Positions 61,105 to 64,000 of a stretch of DNA of 64,000 nt are shown piece by piece (the first letter of the stretch is position 1; every line of letters begins with the position of its first letter). Made by a program: the position numbers and the translations under genes. The notes beneath the pieces were generated by a model, which searched no databases, was not told where the DNA came from, and saw only the letters and a program-made list of their open reading frames with translations. The stretch lies in the NCBI GenBank assembly GCA_032718475.1, contig JAUCBJ010009143.1, forward strand, positions 239,586-303,585, written 5' to 3'. The DNA is from Nemertoderma westbladi. Taxonomy: Eukaryota > Animalia > Xenacoelomorpha.

Positions 61105-63345
61105 GGCTACTACTACTACTACTAGGTCGAGCGAACTCGGACAGTGGAAATGAGATCCTTCCAGGCTTCCCGATTCTCCATAGTTGTCGCAATTTCGTTT
61201 CTCCCAAGTTCAGTATCCCTTTCAAGTTGATCTATATATGTTATGACCGGTCGTCCACGACTACGCTTTCCATGAGTTTTCCCAGAAAAGTAGATCTGGT
61301 TTGACCTCGTCTTTACTTGCCAGCAGTGCCCACTGAATCTTAATCTGCGTTCACGGAGGGTGGTTGATACAGGTCGGCGTTTGTCATGTGTTGTCTCCAG
61401 CTGATTTTTAGGGCTGCCATTAGTAGGCTTGTGTAGAAACCATCAATTCGTTGTTTAAGTGATTTAGTCAGTGTCCAGGTCTCACCCCCGTATAAAAATA
61501 CACTTTCCACTGTGGCTCGAAATAACTTAGTCTTCAGGTGCCTGGAAAGATCTGATTTCCAGATGGTATCCATTTTTGATAGAGCTACCCAAGCCTTTGC
61601 TTTCCTAACTTCTATGTCCTTTTTGCTACTCTCTATCCATGATCCTAGGTATTGGAAGTCATCGACCTTCCTTAGTTGATTATTATCAATGGTTGTCAAG
61701 TTTCCATCAATATTAAAAGTCAAGAATTCGGTCTTTGTAGCATTTATATGCAATCCCCTTAATTAAATTTTGAATTAATGTTGATTAATTTAATCAACTT
61801 TATTTAGTAGAAGCTGTGCATCTGCTAGCGTATTAGATAGCAGGGCGATGCTATCCGCAAAGTTGGTGTCTATGACTGTAGTTGCCGGATATCTACTACT
61901 TCTGCGTTCTTGAAGTGTGAATCCCAGATCTTCACCCATTGTGGCCGTCCTCATTGCGTAATCCAGAACAATTACAAATAGAAATGGTGCTAATGTGTCA
62001 CCTTGCAGTACGCCAGCCGGGATTGAGAAAAACTCCGTTTCACAATCTGGTGAGAGTACCTGTGCTTCTGTGTCACAATATAAAAATCCAATGCCAGCAA
62101 CAATTACTTCTGGTATTCTATAAGCTCTTAGGATTTCAAGCATTTTACCTCTATAGATGGAGTCGAATGCCTTCTTGAAGTCCACAAAAGTCATCACTGC
62201 GGGGAGATTCTTTGACTTAATTCCTTCAATCAGTCTCCGTAGTGCAAGTATCTGAGCTATTGTTGATCTACTTGGTCGAAATCCGTTTTGGCTCTTACGC
62301 AGTAGTTACTCTTTGTTAGACCTAATCCTATATAGAATCATTTTATTGTATATTTTGGCAGCTACAACAAGCAGACAGATCCCACGATAGTTTGTTGGTA
62401 TACCGAGGTCTTATTTCTTTGGTGGGGAGAGGCTTTAGTTGACCTTTAGTCCAAATTGGTGGTGGCTTTTCCCCTTTTAACACCCGGTTGCAAACATTCA
62501 ATAATGGTCTGTTTAGCACTCCTGTTTTCCATACCTCCGCTGGGATTTCATCTAATCCACTCGCTTTATCATTGGACATGCTTTTAATGCTTCTTTGGAG
62601 TTCGGCAGGTGTGAAGACCCCTGTTTCTATAGGTAGTGTCTTGTCATATATTTTCCTTGTAGGGCTGTACTCGATGTTTGGTGGCTGCCCAAGCATGTTG
62701 CTGAAGTGATTTTTCTACTTCCCAACACGTTCTTCAGGACTATCGGCTTTGAGGCGCCCCTTTGCACAACTTTTCCGACCAGATACCTCATTTACAGTTT
62801 GCCGGGTAAGTCTTGATTGTTGCTGCATGTGTGCTGTTGTAATTGCTTCAATTTTATCCTGTATGTACTTTTCCTGGCTGATGTTATAGGCCAGTTTAAG
62901 ATCGTCCTTAGCCTTCAAAACCTTGTTAATGTTTTCGGTTGATGGTTGTTCGGTTTTTACTTTGTAGGCTATCGTAAGATCTTCTCTCTGATATGCCTCT
63001 TAGCTGATTCCTTGTGGGCTGTTATTACATTCTGGTATATTGAATCTGTGGACTGGTCATCATCCATAGACTGAAGTGCTTCAAAGCGGTATTGAACTTC
63101 TACTGTATAAGCATCCTTTACTTCATTGTCAGCTCTGAGTTTCTCCCAGTCATAGTTGATTTGCTTGCTTGTCCTGGGTTTGCTGGCTCTCAAACAGAGT
63201 CTGATCTCTGCAGTCACAATTCTGTGGTCCGAACCAATTAGGTTGAACGAGCTGTATGCCTCGCAGTTGATCATGCTGTTTCTCCACCTTTTGTTTATAA
63301 GGATGTCATCCAGTTGTGCTTTGGTTCCATTAGGGTATTGAAAGC
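61105..63345 (-). pseudogene. Decayed, 5'-truncated RTE-clade LINE with (TAG)n 3' tail
   Basis: Fragments YPNG.KAQLD.ILINKRWRNS..NCEAYSSF..IGSDHR, KASGLDEIPAEVWK, FVDFKKAFDS, GVLQGDTLAPFLF, FADS (catalytic D lost), DFQYLGSWI and ESVFLYGGETWTL. Multiple frameshifts. ctactactactactacta at about 61107-61124 is the minus-strand (TAG)n tail. Confidence 0.92.
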
Positions 63346-63646
63346 TTCCCCTACATTGTGGGAGGCTACAGTATGAATGTATTTCCTGAAAATTATAGTC
63401 AACAATACAGTAAGTGTTATTTGTCTGTATTGTTTTGTATCTTTGATCAGATAGCAAGAGCAGCATAGCAATTAGCATGACCTAAGTAACGCAAATAATT
63501 TATTATTGAACCACTATTAAAGTTATTAATAAATTTTATTATAGATTTTATTATAATTGCTGAAACATTACATGTATTACCTATATCTAAATGATCGATT
63601 AATTACACAACACTAACTGCCAACTCGATAAATGTTCCTACAGTCT

Positions 63647-64000
63647 TCAGTCCCATTCCCCATCATCGGAAGAGGAGATGCTATCCTCGTCATCAGCGAT
63701 TGCCTGCCGTCTTTGGAGCATCGCATGTGTCATCATCGATCTCTCAGTCCCCCGTGCTGGCGCTAGCGACCTTCTGCGTGGACTTAGTTTGGCTCTTTGA
63801 GAGGCGATATTGTGCATAAAGTTTGTGTGAGGGGCGTTATCGTAAGTCGCTGATCTTTTGAGGATAGAGGAAGTTGGGGGAGGGGGTGGGGGAGGTGGGA
63901 TATACTGGGATGGGGGAGGAGGTGGGGGTGGAGGCGGAATATACTGGATTAGGGGAGGTGGGGGTGGAGGTGGGATATACTGGGGTGTGGCAAGAGGTGG
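63647..64000 (-). CDS. 3' end of a WASP/WAVE-like actin nucleation-promoting factor (polyproline + WH2-like + central + acidic Trp motif); 5' part lies beyond the window
   Basis: Hand translation from 64000: PPLATPQYIPPPPPPLIQYIPPPPPPPPSQYIPPPPPPPPTSSILKRSATYDNAPHTNFMHNIASQRAKLSPRRRSLAPARGTERSMMTHAMLQRRQAIADDEDSISSSDDGEWD*, with the stop at 63647-63649. It is absent from the ORF track because the start is outside the window. Confidence 0.8.
   Translation of the reverse strand, partial: PPLATPQYIPPPPPPPLIQYIPPPPPPPPPSQYIPPPPPPPPTSSILKRSATYDNAPHTNFMHNIASQRAKLSPRRRSLAPARGTERSMMTHAMLQRRQAIADDEDSISSSDDGEWD

Noticed and set aside
63870-64000. Non-coding G-quadruplex or telomere-like repeat
   Set aside because: Better explained as minus-strand polyproline codons (CCN with a varying third base) in frame with the VCA-like tail.

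Overview
AT-rich eukaryotic DNA, probably an invertebrate animal (inferred from the LINE clades and the gene families). Bases 1 to about 37,380 are the right edge of a tandem satellite array: 103-bp monomer, about 360 copies, continuing off the left edge, with local higher-order duplications and more variants toward the right end. Next come a 1,165-bp non-autonomous Mutator/foldback-like element with a perfect 9-bp TSD, and an intronless 1,325-aa type I membrane protein (Ig, LamG/pentraxin, EGF-like, and a ZPBP/Sp38-like module). Further right lie an intact CR1/L2-type LINE ORF with a 2A-like GDIHRNPGP motif, two decayed RTE-type LINEs and several mini- and microsatellites. An intronless SLC6 transporter has strongly altered ion and gate residues. 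At the right edge, on the minus strand, is the C-terminal end of a WASP-family-like protein (polyproline-WH2-central-acidic, ending DDGEWD*) that the ORF track missed. All protein family calls were made by eye from motifs; no database search was run.
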